NCBI GenBank assembly: GCA_964016885.1
Contig: OZ024741.1
Location: 216,380,001 to 216,444,000 of the forward strand
Reading direction: 5' to 3'
DNA from: Eledone cirrhosa
Lineage: Eukaryota
DNA length: 64,000 nucleotides
Shown here: positions 41,760 through 55,480 of the stretch, piece by piece
Layout of the letters: each line of letters opens with the position of its first letter
Numbering within the stretch: position 1 is the stretch's first letter
Made by a program: the position numbers and the translations under genes
The notes under the pieces: model-generated
Seen by the model: the letters and a program-made list of their open reading frames with translations, nothing else
What the model was told of the DNA's origin: nothing
Databases searched by the model: none

Positions 41760-44700
41760 ATTGGAATACTACCTTGACTACCGGGTCAACCCCGATCTAA
41801 TCCGCCGTGACCACTCTCTGAACTTTCCCCCACACCTTCCCACAACTTGTTTTTTTTCCTTTTTTTCCTTTGTTTGCATTACTTTTTGTTTGATTTATTT
41901 ACTGTACTTGTTTATTTCTGTCTATGATTTTCTGTCCATGATTGCCTGTGTTTTTACGATTATGATTTTTTGTCTATGATTTTCCTGTGTATACTCACCT
42001 CTCCTTATGTTATTTCTGTTTGATTTTCCCTTCCCCGTCTCTGCCCATCATTCGCACTCACCCCTTCGTTCCACCCCCCACCACCACCCCGCTTCACACA
42101 CCTTCCTTCTCATTCCTCCCCCTGAGATCTTTTCTCCACTAACTCCACACCCGCCTCAAACTTTTCCTCAAGCCCCCTCCTCCCACCCTGCTATCTCCCC
42201 TCTGCCCTTCAACTCTCCTACCTTCTCTTCGCCAAAACCCGGCACTCCTGCCACATCCATTTCCTCAGCCACTGCCTCCACCTCCACCTTATCCCCCTCG
42301 ACTTCCGTCTACACTTCCACCCCCCCCCCCCCCCTCGCTTCCGCCTCCACCCAACGTATCCTCACCCGATCCTCGCGCTTCCTAATGCGCAACTCCCTCC
42401 GCGCCTCCCGCTCCACCATCCGCAAACTTGACTACCAACTGACCCCCACCCTGCTCCGCCTTAACTCCGCCAGCCATCCCCTCCTCGCCCACGCCATCCT
42501 CCTCTTCATCCAAAACCTCAACCACGACCTCTTCTCCTTCCTCACCTCCATCAAAGCCCGTAAGCTACACTCACTCCTCCCGACCAGCCCCATCCACCAC
42601 CACACGCCCATCCCTATGCCCCCCCCCCCATCCCACCCATCCGCACCACTCTCCGCCCCTCCCTCACCCCACACCCCTACCCAATATCCACCCTCCAGCT
42701 CACCCCTCATCACACCCTCCCCTCCTCCCTCACACACCCAAACCCTACCACTTGTCGTCACCATACCCCCTGACCTCCCCCTCTCCGCACCTGAGCGCTC
42801 ACTCCTCAGTAGAGGCCTTCGCTTCATACCCCACACTCCGCACAGCGACGAGTTCCGCACCCGAACGGAAGTCGAGCGATTCGTGCGACGCACGAAGCTA
42901 CAGGCACATTTCGGTCAAACGCCACCGGCTCCGAACGCCCCAGACCCGTTACTCGCCCTGGGCCGACGACCGGTCCCAACGGAATAACATCTCACGGGGC
43001 GAACTCCTCGCTCTCCGCTCCCTCCGTAGCCGAGATGACATCGTCATCAAACCGGCGGACAGGGGAGGCGCCGTGGTGGTGTGGCGCGCTGACCTCTACA
43101 CGGCTGAAGCCCTCAGGCAGCTCCGTAACCCCATCTTCTAACGCCCTCTACCCTCCGATCCCACACCCCTCTACCAACAACAAGTTTCCTCCACCATCCA
43201 ACACCTTGTCTCCCCCCCACCGCTTCCCACCTCATCGTCCGCACCCTCCGCACCCCCACTATCTACTTCCTCCTCAAACTCCACAAACCCGACAACCCCG
43301 GCCGCCCCATCGTCTCCGCTTGCAACTGCCCCACCGAACTCATCTTTGCCTTTCTTGCCAGCATCCTCGCCCCCCTCGTCACCATCCTCCCCTCCCACAT
43401 CTCCGACACCAACCACGCCCTTCGCCTATTCGACTCCTTCACCTTCCCACCCGTCCCACAGCCCTTCCTCTTCACCCTAGATATCAAGTCCCTCTATACC
43501 GTCATCCCCCACGCCGACGGCCTACGTGCCCTCAAGCACTACCTCGACCTTCGCCCCTCCCCCATCCCCTCCACCCCACCCTCCTTCGCCACGCCGAGCT
43601 GGTCCTCACCCTCAACTGTTTCTTCTTCTCGGGTGAGTTTTACCAACAGGTCACGGGGGTAGCCATGGGCACAAGAATGGGCCCGAACTATGCCAACCTT
43701 TTTGTTGGCCATGTTGAGGCCCAAATCTTTGCCCAGTACACCGGCCCCACGCCCGCACTGTACGGTCGTTACATCGACGACTGTATCGGAGCCACGACCC
43801 TCACCGGAGAACAGCTCGACTCCTTTCTCTCCTTCTTCTTCTCCTTCCACCCCTCCCTCCATTTCACCACCTCTATCTCCACCACCCACGTCCACTTCTT
43901 AGACATCTCCGTCGCCTTCGACCCCTCCCACCACTGCCTCGTCACCTTCGCCTTCTTCAAATCAAACGACTCCCACTCCTACCTCGACTTCACCTCTTCC
44001 CACCCCACACACACTAAACACTCTATTCCCTACTCCCAACTCCTCAGGATCCGCCGCCTCTGTAGCCGAGATACTGACTTTGAGTCCCAGGCCCTTTCCT
44101 AGTCAGCCATTTCATCCGCAGATGTTACACCCACCCCACCCCACCCCTCTCGTCCACACCGCCCTCACCCGCGCCCGTGCTGTCCACCGCTCCACCACCG
44201 TCACCCCACGCCACTGCACACCCACCCACCTTCTCCCCTTCCCCATCACCTACCACCCCTCCACTCTACCCCTCCACCGCACCATCCTCCGCTACTTCCT
44301 CCGCCTCCACTCCGACCCCTCCACCTCCCACATCTTCCGAGCCCCACCACTCCCCGCCTTCAAACGCGCACGCAATCTCCGCACCCTCCTCGTCCGCAGC
44401 TCCATACCCCCAACCCACGCTCTCCCCCACCCCCCGGTTCCCTTCCATGTTCCAGGCCTCGTTGCAACACCTGTTGTCCCCACATCACCAACACCACCAC
44501 CTTCCAGGGTCCCAACGGCCACTCTCTCTCTCTGTCCGGCATGCCTTCCGCTGCACCTCCTCCAACCTAGTCTATGGACTTCGCTGCACGGAGTGTAGCG
44601 CAACCTACGTCGGACAGACTGGACGTCGCCTGGCGGACCGGTTTACCGAACGCCTCCGGGATATCCTAACAATACTAACACTCCACCCCACACCCGACCA

Positions 44701-46190
44701 CTCTCCCCCAACTAACAATACTAACACCCCTCCTTTCTTCTCCCCCCCCCCCTCCTCCTCTTATCACGCACACACCCACCGGTACATATATACACGCACT
44801 CACACTAACCACACACCCTACTACCACCACTAACCTTCACACTCACACATCCACTCCCACCACCCCACAACTGATACCACAACCCCAAACCCCACCCCAC
44901 CCCCACCCCCCGACCCCACGCACACGAACACACACACCCACTTACACCATCCACTCTACACACCCTACCACCACTAACCCCCACTAACACCCGCATTCAA
45001 CCCTTTCCCCACCACCAGTATACTAACACCCACTAACACCCCCTTCACCACACATACACACTCATCCAAACACGCACACACACACCAGTACACTACACTC
45101 CCTCCACCGCCCCCACACCTTTCTCTCCCCCTCCCCCTCCCCGCTCCACCCACACCCCTTCACACACACACACACACACATCCCACTAACACCTCTACTA
45201 ATACATACCCCTCCCCACACCACCTTTCACACCTACCCATCCTCTCCCCTGTCCACCGCACCTCCGCACACTCTGACACACCGACTTTCTCCACCTGCTA
45301 TTCTCCCCGACTGCTGCTATGCCCTGTCTCGCTGACCACCTCTCCGCACACACAAACACACAACCCTCCTCCTGCCTTGACCCTCTGACCACTTCCCGTT
45401 GCGCGCGCACCCCACATCTCCCCTCTTTCGACCAACCAAACCACGGATTACACACATTGGACATCGCTCCCACGAATCAACTCCATCACAAGGAAATTAC
45501 CCGGCATCCCACCACATGCGCTACGGAATTACCTTAGGAACTCACCCACGGACATACACTAAAAAAATGTTTTTTTCCCACACGCCACCTACATCCACGA
45601 TACGTATAAACACCACACACACGTGCGTACCACCACATATTTACACACTTAGCCTCCGGAATCCTCTCCTCTCCTCCCCCACCCCTCTGACCCTCCCCAT
45701 GCACACACGCACACACACACCGACCTACACCCCACCCCACACATACCTTTTCCTGAACATGTAACCCCGTTCTTCCCCCAACTCTCACATTCACATACAC
45801 ACACACACACACGTACACCTACACACACACACACCACCTTCAGCCCTCCCCGCTCGGACACCCCGCCTCCCTCTCCCCACTCCACCCGCCGCCACCCCTA
45901 CACGCCCCACACCCTTCCACCACTTGTTTTACTTCATGTTAATTTTTATTTTTATTATGCTTTTATATTTATTTTCATTTGTACCGTTTCCTCTCACCCC
46001 TTTCTTCTAAATATCTCTCCCCCACTCCCTTACAGACCCTTGAATCTCTCTTCCCATACACTTTTCGCCTGAAGAAGGGCTTATGCCCGAAACGTCGTCC
46101 CCCACCACCACCCCACTCTCAAGAGCGTGAAACTAATAAACATTTGTTTGTACTGCCTCTCTGTTTTGTTCCCGTTCAATTTTTCACTAT
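41760..46190 (+). mobile_element. C-rich Penelope-like retroelement (Neptune-like), near full length but frameshifted
   Basis: LSAPERSLLSRGLRFIP; DDIVIKPADRGGAVVVW; GVAMGTRMGPNYANLFVG; YGRYIDDCIG; CTSSNLVYGLRCTECSATYVGQTGRRLADRF. 3' HHR present. Confidence 0.92.
46066..46100 (+). ncRNA. Minimal hammerhead ribozyme at PLE 3' end
   Basis: CTGAAGA-agggc-ttat-gccc-GAAA-cg-TC; helix I is weak. Confidence 0.65.
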
Positions 46191-46204
46191 ATATATATAT
46201 ATAT

Positions 46205-46690
46205 ATAGTTTTAAGATAGATGAGATTCTACAGGATTAGAACTGTTTCATTCTTTAGAAATCATCAGGAATATGGCTTTCCAAAATAAATGTTGTGGTAT
46301 TTATATCTTTTCATGTGGTAGGGGTGGGTGGAGGTCATTGGTTGAAAGAAAAGGGAATTCATTAAAAGCTAATTCTTTATGGCTATAATTTATATTTAGA
46401 GTGACAAAAGCAGAAAGAATTCTATAAACAAGTTCAGATTGGGGTGGCACTCCTTATTTTTAAGTTTCTCTTAAACTAACAATGCTTATATTTCAGGTGT
46501 CTATAAGATGGTTGGGGTCGGTCATGGTTGATGGATTTAAAGAAAAGAGAAATTCTTTAAAAGCTAATTCTTTGAAGCTCTACTTAGAGTGACAAAGGCC
46601 AAGAGAATTCTATAAACCGGTTCAAAATATTGGGTCCCTATCATATCATTATTGTCATATTTCTCTTAAGCTATATTCCCGGGAATATAG
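46205..46690 (-). mobile_element. pLTR-like fragment with HHR-like core (~46240-46270) and internal duplication
   Basis: Minus strand CTGATGA-tttc-taaa-gaat-GAAAC; 46330-46440 resembles 46520-46625. Confidence 0.5.
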
Positions 46691-46976
46691 CTTACAACAC
46701 CATCGGTACAGTATATAGAAGAGATATATTAGGTTAACGCTTGATACAGCAGGAAGAGGGTCCTAACGTTTCGGACGCTAGTCCTTCATCAGAAAAAAGA
46801 ATAAGAAATTAGAAAGATTGAAAGGACGGGCGGTTTGGAATTGGAAAAAATGTTTTAGAGAAAAATAACAGGGCCATTCATGTTGACATCTCCTCTAAAA
46901 CTGTTGATGGTGGTGTTTCGTTTAACTGAAATGGAAAAAAAAACTTTTGTATATAGAACTATACGTGTGCGCGTGC

Positions 46977-47065
<89 letters not shown>

Positions 47066-47390
47066 AAGACTTCCTAACGAAGCTAAGCGGATATGTGTCT
47101 ATATGTAAGTAAAAGAGTGTGTGTGCGTTTCTAAGTAAGAAGCTGTGAGCAAAGTATGTTAATATAAGGGTGTGTGTGTGTGTATACGGAGCTGTGAAGG
47201 AAAAAGTAGAGGTGTGTGTGCGTATATATTTGTGTGTGTTTAAAATGCAATCAAAAATAACAAAGCTACAATTCAGTACAAGGAGGAAATATATTAGTTT
47301 AATGCTTGAAATAACAGGAAAAGTGTCTTAACGTTTTGGACATTGTTCCTTCATCGGAAGACAGAATAAGAAATAAAAGATGAAATAGAA
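46690..47390 (-). mobile_element. pLTR family F copies (HHR at 46761-46796; degenerate copy at ~47325-47360)
   Basis: Homology to 22500-22930. Confidence 0.75.
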
Positions 47391-47424
47391 AGATAAAGAC
47401 AAGAATATTATAGAAACAGTTTTA

Positions 47425-47666
47425 CTTTATATATTGTAATATATATGACAAGGTACAAATTCTGATTACAAAATTAATGAGAATATAAAGATATTAGTTA
47501 CTTTACTATAATATTTTTTATATTAGTTACTTTACTATAATATTTTTTATATTAGTTACTTTACTATAATATTTTTATATTCAGATTACTTTTGTACCTT
47601 GTCATATATGTTGCAATACATAATTAATAGGTTCTATAATAATCTTATATAAGTGTACTCTGTAGT

Positions 47667-47752
<86 letters not shown>
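47425..47752. repeat. Inverted arms around a 28-bp x3 tandem, followed by (GATA)n at 47667-47752
   Basis: atatgacaaggtacaaa / tttgtaccttgtcatat; atattagttactttactataatattttt repeated. Confidence 0.8.
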
Positions 47753-47753
<1 letters not shown>

Positions 47754-47786
47754 TACACGGGTGTCTATGATTGTGTATAGAAGATT

Positions 47787-48175
47787 ATATTAATAAAAGG
47801 AATTCCAACTTTGTCTGATTTACTCGTTTTATTTACAATCCTTTAAAATTTATAATGGTATTAGAATGAAATAATATGGTAGAATATTAAATGTTAAGTG
47901 TTAATTGAACAAGTATTTTCATGCTTCCGCAATCTTCAGGTTCATAATGTGTGCTGACAGTCAAGTTTGCAATTTTCAATTGTTGAAAATTGCAAACTTG
48001 ACTGTCACCACAGAATATGAAGCTGAAGGTTGCGCGAGCATGGAAGTACTTGTTCAATTAACACTTAAGATTTAATATTCTACCATACTATTTCATTCTA
48101 ATACCATTATAAATTTTAAAGGATTGTAAATAAAACGAGTAAATCAGACAAAGTTGGAATTCCTTTTATTAATAT
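47787..48175. mobile_element. Palindrome of the pLTR from the 15233 PLE; HHR on minus at 47906-47944
   Basis: ~190-bp arms, centre ~47983; tgaac-CTGAAGA-ttgc-ggaa-gcat-GAAA-atac-TT-gttca. Confidence 0.85.
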
Positions 48176-48193
48176 ATATATATATATATACAT

Positions 48194-48259
<66 letters not shown>

Positions 48260-48263
<4 letters not shown>

Positions 48264-48830
48264 TAGAAACTCAAAATAGTCCCTTACAATAAAATAGCTC
48301 AAGGAAAGAAATGTTTCCGAGCCGTATTTTATAATTGAATATAAAAGAGAGATAAACACAGACATATACATATATGTGTTCAAATCGTAAGGGACCAGAT
48401 TCGCTAAGATGAAAATGATACTAACTAATTACCAATTTTTATTGCTCATCAGTAGGTGAAAAATTAGTAAACTCATCACTTCACCCACTGATGAGCAATA
48501 AAAATTGGTAATTCTCTTCACATTCGGATTGCGAAACAGCATCGGCAAATGTTGTCTGGGTGGTTTGGTAGTTACCACCGTTCTGGTTTGTATTTATTTT
48601 TTTGATTTATTCTTAAATTGAATCTGGCAAACCCTATTGTCCATAGTTAGTATCTTTTTCACCTTAGCGAATCTGGTCCCTTACGATTTGAACACATATG
48701 TATATATCTGTGTTTATCTCTCTTTTATATTCAATTATTATATATACATATATATTTCTTTTGCACATCTTACTTCCATTGAGCTCTTTACAGAACAACG
48801 AAATCGAAATGTTTTTATTTCGATTTATGT
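48260..48830. mobile_element. Fold-back pLTR-like family G; HHR-like core on plus at ~48484-48545
   Basis: CTGATGA-gcaat...attgc-GAAAC; arms 48330-48427 / 48645-48738. Confidence 0.7.
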
Positions 48831-48856
48831 TTTTTTTTATATATGTATGTGTATGC

Positions 48857-48929
<73 letters not shown>

Positions 48930-48935
<6 letters not shown>

Positions 48936-49290
48936 CATGCTTACGTACGTGCTCAAGTATAGCTTTTTTTTACAAAACGTTTTTTTTTCCATTTCAGGTA
49001 GACGTACGCCATCATCCCCTTTTCTAAAAAAACAAATCATACACAAAACGACAGCACCAGCAGTTTTGCAAGAAATGTCAACATGAATGGACCTATTATT
49101 TTTATCTAAAGACATTTTCCCAATTCCATCACGCCCGTCCCCTTAATCTATTTTATTTCTCATTCTTTCTTCTGATGAAGGACTAGCGTCCGAAACGTTA
49201 AGACCCTCTTCCTGCTATATCAAGCGTTATCCTAATATATATCTTCCATATACTGTACTGATTGTGTTGTTATTTCTGTTTACCTTTTAC
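48930..49290 (+). mobile_element. pLTR family F copy with HHR at 49168-49203
   Basis: tctt-CTGATGA-aggac-tagc-gtcc-GAAA-cg-TT-aaga; reverse complement of 22500-22820. Confidence 0.8.
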
Positions 49291-49322
49291 ATAATATGTA
49301 TATATATATATATTTGTATATT

Positions 49323-49386
<64 letters not shown>

Positions 49387-49419
49387 TATATATGAATATA
49401 TTTGTATATATATATAAAA

Positions 49420-49518
<99 letters not shown>

Positions 49519-49729
49519 GAGAGAGATTTATATATACCTATACAAATATATAGGGAGGAGATGGGAGGAGAAGGGGGAATACTGATGCATCATTAATGTG
49601 GTATAAAGGAATAGAATATACTCATTATGGACACAGTATGTTTACATGGTAACGCTAAACATCTGCTGGTATATCAAGGACAGAAACGAAACACACATCC
49701 ACAACTGTTTATAATCTTACATTATTTAT

Positions 49730-50036
49730 GAGGGCGGTGGATTGGCAATAGAGGGCGGTGGATTGGCAATAGAGGGCGGTGGATTGGCAATAGAGGGCGG
49801 TGGATTGGCAATAGAGGGCGGTGGATTGGCAATATCGGTAGAGGGTCGGACGCCATGCTTTGCAACATAGAGTTACGGTCTTTTACAGTCTGAGTTCAAA
49901 TCCCGCCGAGGTTAACTTTGCCTTTCATCCTTACGGGGTCGATAAAATAAAGCACCAGTAACGTACTGGGGTCGATTTAATCGATTTCCCCTCCCCCAAA
50001 ATTGCTGGCCTTGTGCCTATATAAGAAACCATTATT
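49730..50036 (+). mobile_element. SINE family 1 with 21-bp head repeated five times
   Basis: (gagggcggtggattggcaata)x5; TSD-like attatttatgag on both flanks. Confidence 0.85.
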
Positions 50037-50089
50037 TATGAGTTTGTGCTATATATTCCAAACACACAAAACATAATATAAATACATAC

Positions 50090-50710
50090 ATATGAAAGAG
50101 TACAGGATGAATGTTCCAGTAAAAATCCCAATAAAATGCAGTCATAACACACCAGATATAATATGGGACAGGGAAAAGAAGGTATGCACAGTAGTGGAAA
50201 TTAGCTGCCCAGCAGAGGCCAATATAATATTAAAGATTAGCGAAAAGGAGAATATCTATACAGAACTAATGAGAAATCTGCAGATACTCCACCCTGATTA
50301 TACCTTCAGGTTTATGCCTGTGATTATTGGGGCACTGGAATATGTTAGTAACTGCCTCAGTACAAATCTTGAGAAGATGGTCTTCACAGGAACAGAAAGA
50401 ACACAACTAGTTAGGAAATTACAAGTACAATCCATTAATGGAACAGTAAAAATATATAAAACATTCCAAAAATGTTGCATCTAATAACTACATGTACATA
50501 TGTACAGATACAAAACATATACACATGCACACATACAACTCAAAACATACACATCCACACATACAATAATATCCATACCTACACACACATTCATGCATGC
50601 AAACATGCATACATACCTATCTAGTTGATGTTGTGTAAATTCCAATGAGAGAGTCTTGTATCTATGTTAGAAACCGACTCTCTCTATTGGCAAACATTTT
50701 TGAAATCATA
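50090..50710 (+). mobile_element. R4/Dong-like non-LTR 3' end
   Basis: ORF 50092-50484 encodes the REL domain; matches 24880-25500. Confidence 0.85.
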
Positions 50711-51525
50711 CACATACATATATACAAGCATACATACATAGCGACAGAGCGATGCACACACACACACATATTCAAACTGTAAATTGAACTTTCTCACTAT
50801 TTTTACCGAGTTCGATTTGTTTGTTTTATTGTTTGCTGTACTGTATTAGTTTTCTATTTCAAATCACCCTGGTTGAGTGATTTTGGCCATAATCATATTT
50901 TTTCAATGTGAGTTTTCTTTGCCATTGTGTTACCCTGTAACGGTCAGACCTGGCTTACCTCCTCTTTGACGTGATGTCACGCGTCCCTAAACGGTATCAT
51001 GCTACTGTCACTTGCTACTAACAACTGAAGGAGCTAATAAGCCATTTTCTCTCTTTCCCTAACAGGAAGGCGACCTCCTGCTGACGAAACGGTCCCACGC
51101 CTAATTACGTAATGTGTACTATCATATTCTGCACATGGTTGCACCTCTCAGTGTGCGACTAGTATTCAGCACCGTGGGAACTGTTATAACAGTCTGGGTA
51201 CCATATCATCTTACCTACACGAAGTCGTTTTCATCGCTGGTTAACGAAAGTGTGCACTCTGGTCAGCTGGATTTGAATTTTAGTAATACAAACTTTGACA
51301 TCCATTGGGTGGGGAAGCGGCCAAAGCGATGTGCGTTCTATTCGACTTGTTTCGTCTCCTAACTATATATGTATAATTAGGAGGGAAACAACTTAGTATG
51401 GGTAAGATGGTACGGTACTCGGACTGCTATATATGAGTATATTATTTTACTCACGAAGCTGATCATCCAAACTCGCCATAGATGAGGCCTACATTCACGA
51501 TATTTGCTATATGTATTGTGTTGTG

Positions 51526-51729
51526 CAGGCATGTCAAACTGAGTGTCACTCGAGGGCCATATGAGTCACATATGTGTTGTCTGAGCGCCACATATGACAA
51601 CTAATTGCACACATTACAACTAATTTTACCAAGATAAAACATGGTCGCGCTGTAAAAACCTTTGTGCCGGCCGCAGGTGTTCTTGTAAAGGGCTGCTGCG
51701 GCCTGCGTGCCGCATGTATGACATGCCTG
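51526..51729. mobile_element. hAT-family MITE
   Basis: TIRs CAGGCATGTCAAAC / GTATGACATGCCTG; perfect 8-bp TSD GTGTTGTG (51518-51525 and 51730-51737). Confidence 0.9.
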
Positions 51730-52112
51730 GTGTTGTGTGTAACATTGTATTCAGTTGCTAAGCGTCAAATTGAAACACATTACGTAGAGCTTCAGAAAAT
51801 TCATCTACGGAAGTTTCTTAACTCGTAGAAATAACATTGAAAAGTCAGTAACTAAAGAAAGAGATGGGCGAGGGGGGGGGGGGGGGGGCTTATTATCATA
51901 ACTAACCAAGGAAACTTAATTTTCATTCGTCTTTCCATAGTTGATTTTGTCTGTCGGTCGTGAATCTTCCAGGAAGTGTCGCTGCTTTTCTTGTGACAGG
52001 AAGTGGGTTTTCAACTTAGAACGCACTCAATCGGAATATAAACTGCAAAGAATCTCTGTTACCAAGTGCTACAATCCACCACTATCTCGGACTCTTTATT
52101 GCTCGTCCCCGA

Positions 52113-52572
52113 AATAATTGTTTCTACATTTGGTACAAGGCCAGCGATTTTGGGAGGGGGGAGGGAGTCTATTAAATCGACCTCAGTGCATTACTGGTGC
52201 TTTATTTTATCGACTCCGAGAGGATGAAAGGCAAAGCTAACCTCGGCAGCATTTGAACCCAGAACGTAAAGGGCCGTAACTCTATGCTGCGAAGCATGTT
52301 TTCCGGCGCTCTATCGATACTGCCAATCCACCGCCATTTGTCCCCGAAATAATGGTTTCTTATATAGGCAAAAGGCCAGTAATTTTGGGGGAGGGGAAAG
52401 TCGATTAAATCGACCCAGTCTGTGACTGGTACTTTATTTTATCAATCCCATAAGGATGAAAGGCAAAGTTAACCTCGGCAGGATTTGAACTCAGATCATA
52501 AAGGGCCGTAACTCTATGCTACAAAGCATGTTGTCCGGTGCTCTATCGATACTACCAATCGATACTGCCAAT
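52113..52572 (-). mobile_element. Two tandem SINE family 1 copies
   Basis: 52113-52336 and 52347-52572, separated and flanked by gtccccgaaataa. Confidence 0.85.
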
Positions 52573-53290
52573 TTGTCCCCGAAATAACAAAAGGGCAGCC
52601 TTGATCTCAATGGGATTTGAACTCAGAGCCCAGAGAGCCAGAACAAATATCAACGTAATTAATTCGACGCTCTAATGGCTCAGCAAATTTGTCGCATATT
52701 AGATTATTTTTTTTAATATATTTATCTATAATATCTTCTCAGATATAGACATTTTACAAGACTTCACTTTCATGTCGAATAAGAAAGAATTTAAAACATA
52801 TGTAAACTTAATAGATTTTATAACTAGAAAATACTGTTGCCTACACAGAAAGACAAATTTCTTTTATAGGCAACATTCCAGATCAAATAACACTCCTCAA
52901 TTTCATCACAATCTCTCACGTTGGGGGACAATATGACAAAAATCGAAAGAAAGTTGTACTCGGATTACTTTATCAGTCTCTGGAGAGTTTTTGGTGATAA
53001 AATTAATAATAAAAATTGATGACTAACTGCGAAATTTATTCAGGTGTGAAGCCAATAAACAGAGAGAGATATAAACACAGCAAAAATGCACTTAAACAAG
53101 AATCTTAAAGTAGCTGTAAAGTATCTGAAATATAACGATAAAATTGTAATCTATTGAAGCACTCAGAACAATCTGTTATTATGAACAAAGACTAATAAAT
53201 TAAAAATACCAACAATATATGTATATACACACACATACATACATATACACACACCCACACACATACATACATACACACACACATATATAT

Positions 53291-53374
<84 letters not shown>

Positions 53375-53429
53375 ATACAGAGAGAGAGGGGTGAGAAAAA
53401 AAGAGAGTGTGAGTGTGGGAGGGAGAGAG

Positions 53430-53502
<73 letters not shown>

Positions 53503-53645
53503 ATGATAACAGAAAATTGATCAGAATTAGGAAAGACAGCGATGCTGTGCAACTAAGAACTAAACTCGAATAAACTAAGAGAGTTAGAAATAGGAAAATA
53601 ACGTAGTTCAATCCTCCGTTCAACCTAGATATGTTTTCACCAACA

Positions 53646-54023
53646 TACTCTCAGGTCCCAAGTAATAGGGGAAGGAATAAGCGGGGGGGGGGTCAAAAAT
53701 CGGTAATGTTTCTAGATTGTTTTCCTTGACTATTTTAGAAACCAGAATTAGTCGTTGAGATTACTAATTAAGACCTCAACCCATCCTATTTATTTTATAA
53801 CGTATGAGATTTCTAGAAATGCACTTTTTTGTCATATATAATGTTTTTGAATGTCTAAAGAAAATTAATTGTCACAGGAATTCTAGCACTTAAATTAAAA
53901 TTAGATAGATCAGCAAAATTTAATAAGCGGGGGAGGGTGGGAGTGGAATATGAGCGCTGGGTGGTGGAAAAAATCTAAAAAATTAATAAGCTGGGGGAGG
54001 GCATTATTCGAGATCCGAGAGTA
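53646..54023. mobile_element. Tc1/mariner-type MITE (putative)
   Basis: TA-CTCTCAGGTCCCAAGTAA ... TTATTCGAGATCCGAGAG-TA imperfect TIRs; subterminal AATAAGCGGGGG repeats. Confidence 0.55.
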
Positions 54024-54236
54024 TCCAAGAACTTTTAGTCTCTCGTTAAGCACAATTTCCAAGGCCTACATTAATACTCCAAGCTATTAATGAGCCCAGT
54101 GCCAGTTACAGCTAGCAAGAAACCACCGATTCCAACATTGTAAGCTAAAACAAAAGGTTCATGCACCTATACATCTTTTACCTTCGGCACTCAACTGCAA
54201 CTGTTATATAGAAACTTTTCTATTTCAATGACAGTT

Positions 54237-54630
54237 GTGTATATGTCTCACTTATACCGTGCCAAACCCTGAAAAACTATAAGGAACTCAAGGCCACATA
54301 ATTATAATTCCAGAAAAGGTTCACTCTTCATATTTGGTCATTCCTTTCGCTGGTAGACTTATCTGTATATACACATGCATAAACAAACATGCAAACATGT
54401 GTATATATATATATATATATACACATGTTTGTATGTCGTAGAAAAGATATATATATATATATACAGATGTTTGCATGTTTGTTTATGCATGTGTATATAC
54501 AGATAAGTCTACCAGCGAAAGGAATGACCAAATATGAAGAGTGAACCTTTTCTGGAATTATAATTATGTGGCCTTGAGTTCCATATAGTTTTTCAGGGTT
54601 TGGCACGGTATAAGTGAGACATATACATAT
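54237..54630. repeat. Near-perfect inverted duplication (~160-bp arms) around a TA-rich spacer
   Basis: 54237-54400 is the reverse complement of ~54465-54628. Confidence 0.9.
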
Positions 54631-54838
54631 ATATACTATTGTATGTTCATGGTAAACTTTATTTCACATAATTATTTCACATAATATCCAATCTAAGGGA
54701 TTTTGATATTATTTATCTTGGCCGGTGAATTGTATATATATATATATCGGGGCATGCTCGGAAACCAAACTTCGGTCACCCGACGTTTTCGTTCCGCTGC
54801 CATTGCATACATTCTCTCACTGGTTTCGACACCGATAC

Positions 54839-54887
<49 letters not shown>

Positions 54888-55073
54888 GCAACACACACTC
54901 ATATCCACAATTACACGCAAACAATGAAAGCATCAAAACAACAAAGAGAATGAACCCCATCTGCACAAACATATCAACACCTCTAATGATAAACCCAGAA
55001 ATTCCGCCACCACTTCGGAACATATACCTGCACACCGGATTATTGGCCTGCCCACTTCATCCATCCTGATTAA

Positions 55074-55480
55074 CCGTTTAGCATTTAAACCGGCTATATA
55101 CGGCCAGAATTCTCTCACCTCTTTCTGTTCAAACCGGCCGTAACCAGCTGCTCATACTGACGTTAAGATATTGTCCTCAAGATAAATAATTGTTTCTACT
55201 TTTGGCAGAGGGCCAGAAATTATCCAGTACATTACTGGATAATTATCGACCCCGTAAGGATGAAAGGCAAAGTTAACCTCGACGGGATTTGAACTTAGAC
55301 CATAAAGAGACGTAACTATGCTAGAAAGCATGGCGTCCAACTTTCTACCGATACTGCCAATCCACCGCCCAAGATAAATAATATCAAAATCCCTTAGATT
55401 GGATATTATGTGAAATAATTATGTGAAATAAAGTTTACCATGAACATACAATAGTATAGAGTTATGTAAATGCTAAAGGG
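55074..55480. mobile_element. piggyBac-type MITE with nested SINE (55185-55370, minus)
   Basis: TTAA-CCGTTTAGCATTT ... AAATGCTAAAGGG-TTAA; SINE TSD caagataaataat. Confidence 0.8.

Noticed and set aside
42007-42987. Proline-rich host gene
   Set aside because: Part of the frameshifted C-rich PLE ORF (contains LLSRGLRFIP, the PLE N-terminal motif).
51930-52010. Two CAGGAAGT (ETS-like) motifs after a splice-acceptor-like tttccatag
   Set aside because: Short motifs expected by chance, with no ORF or supporting exon structure.
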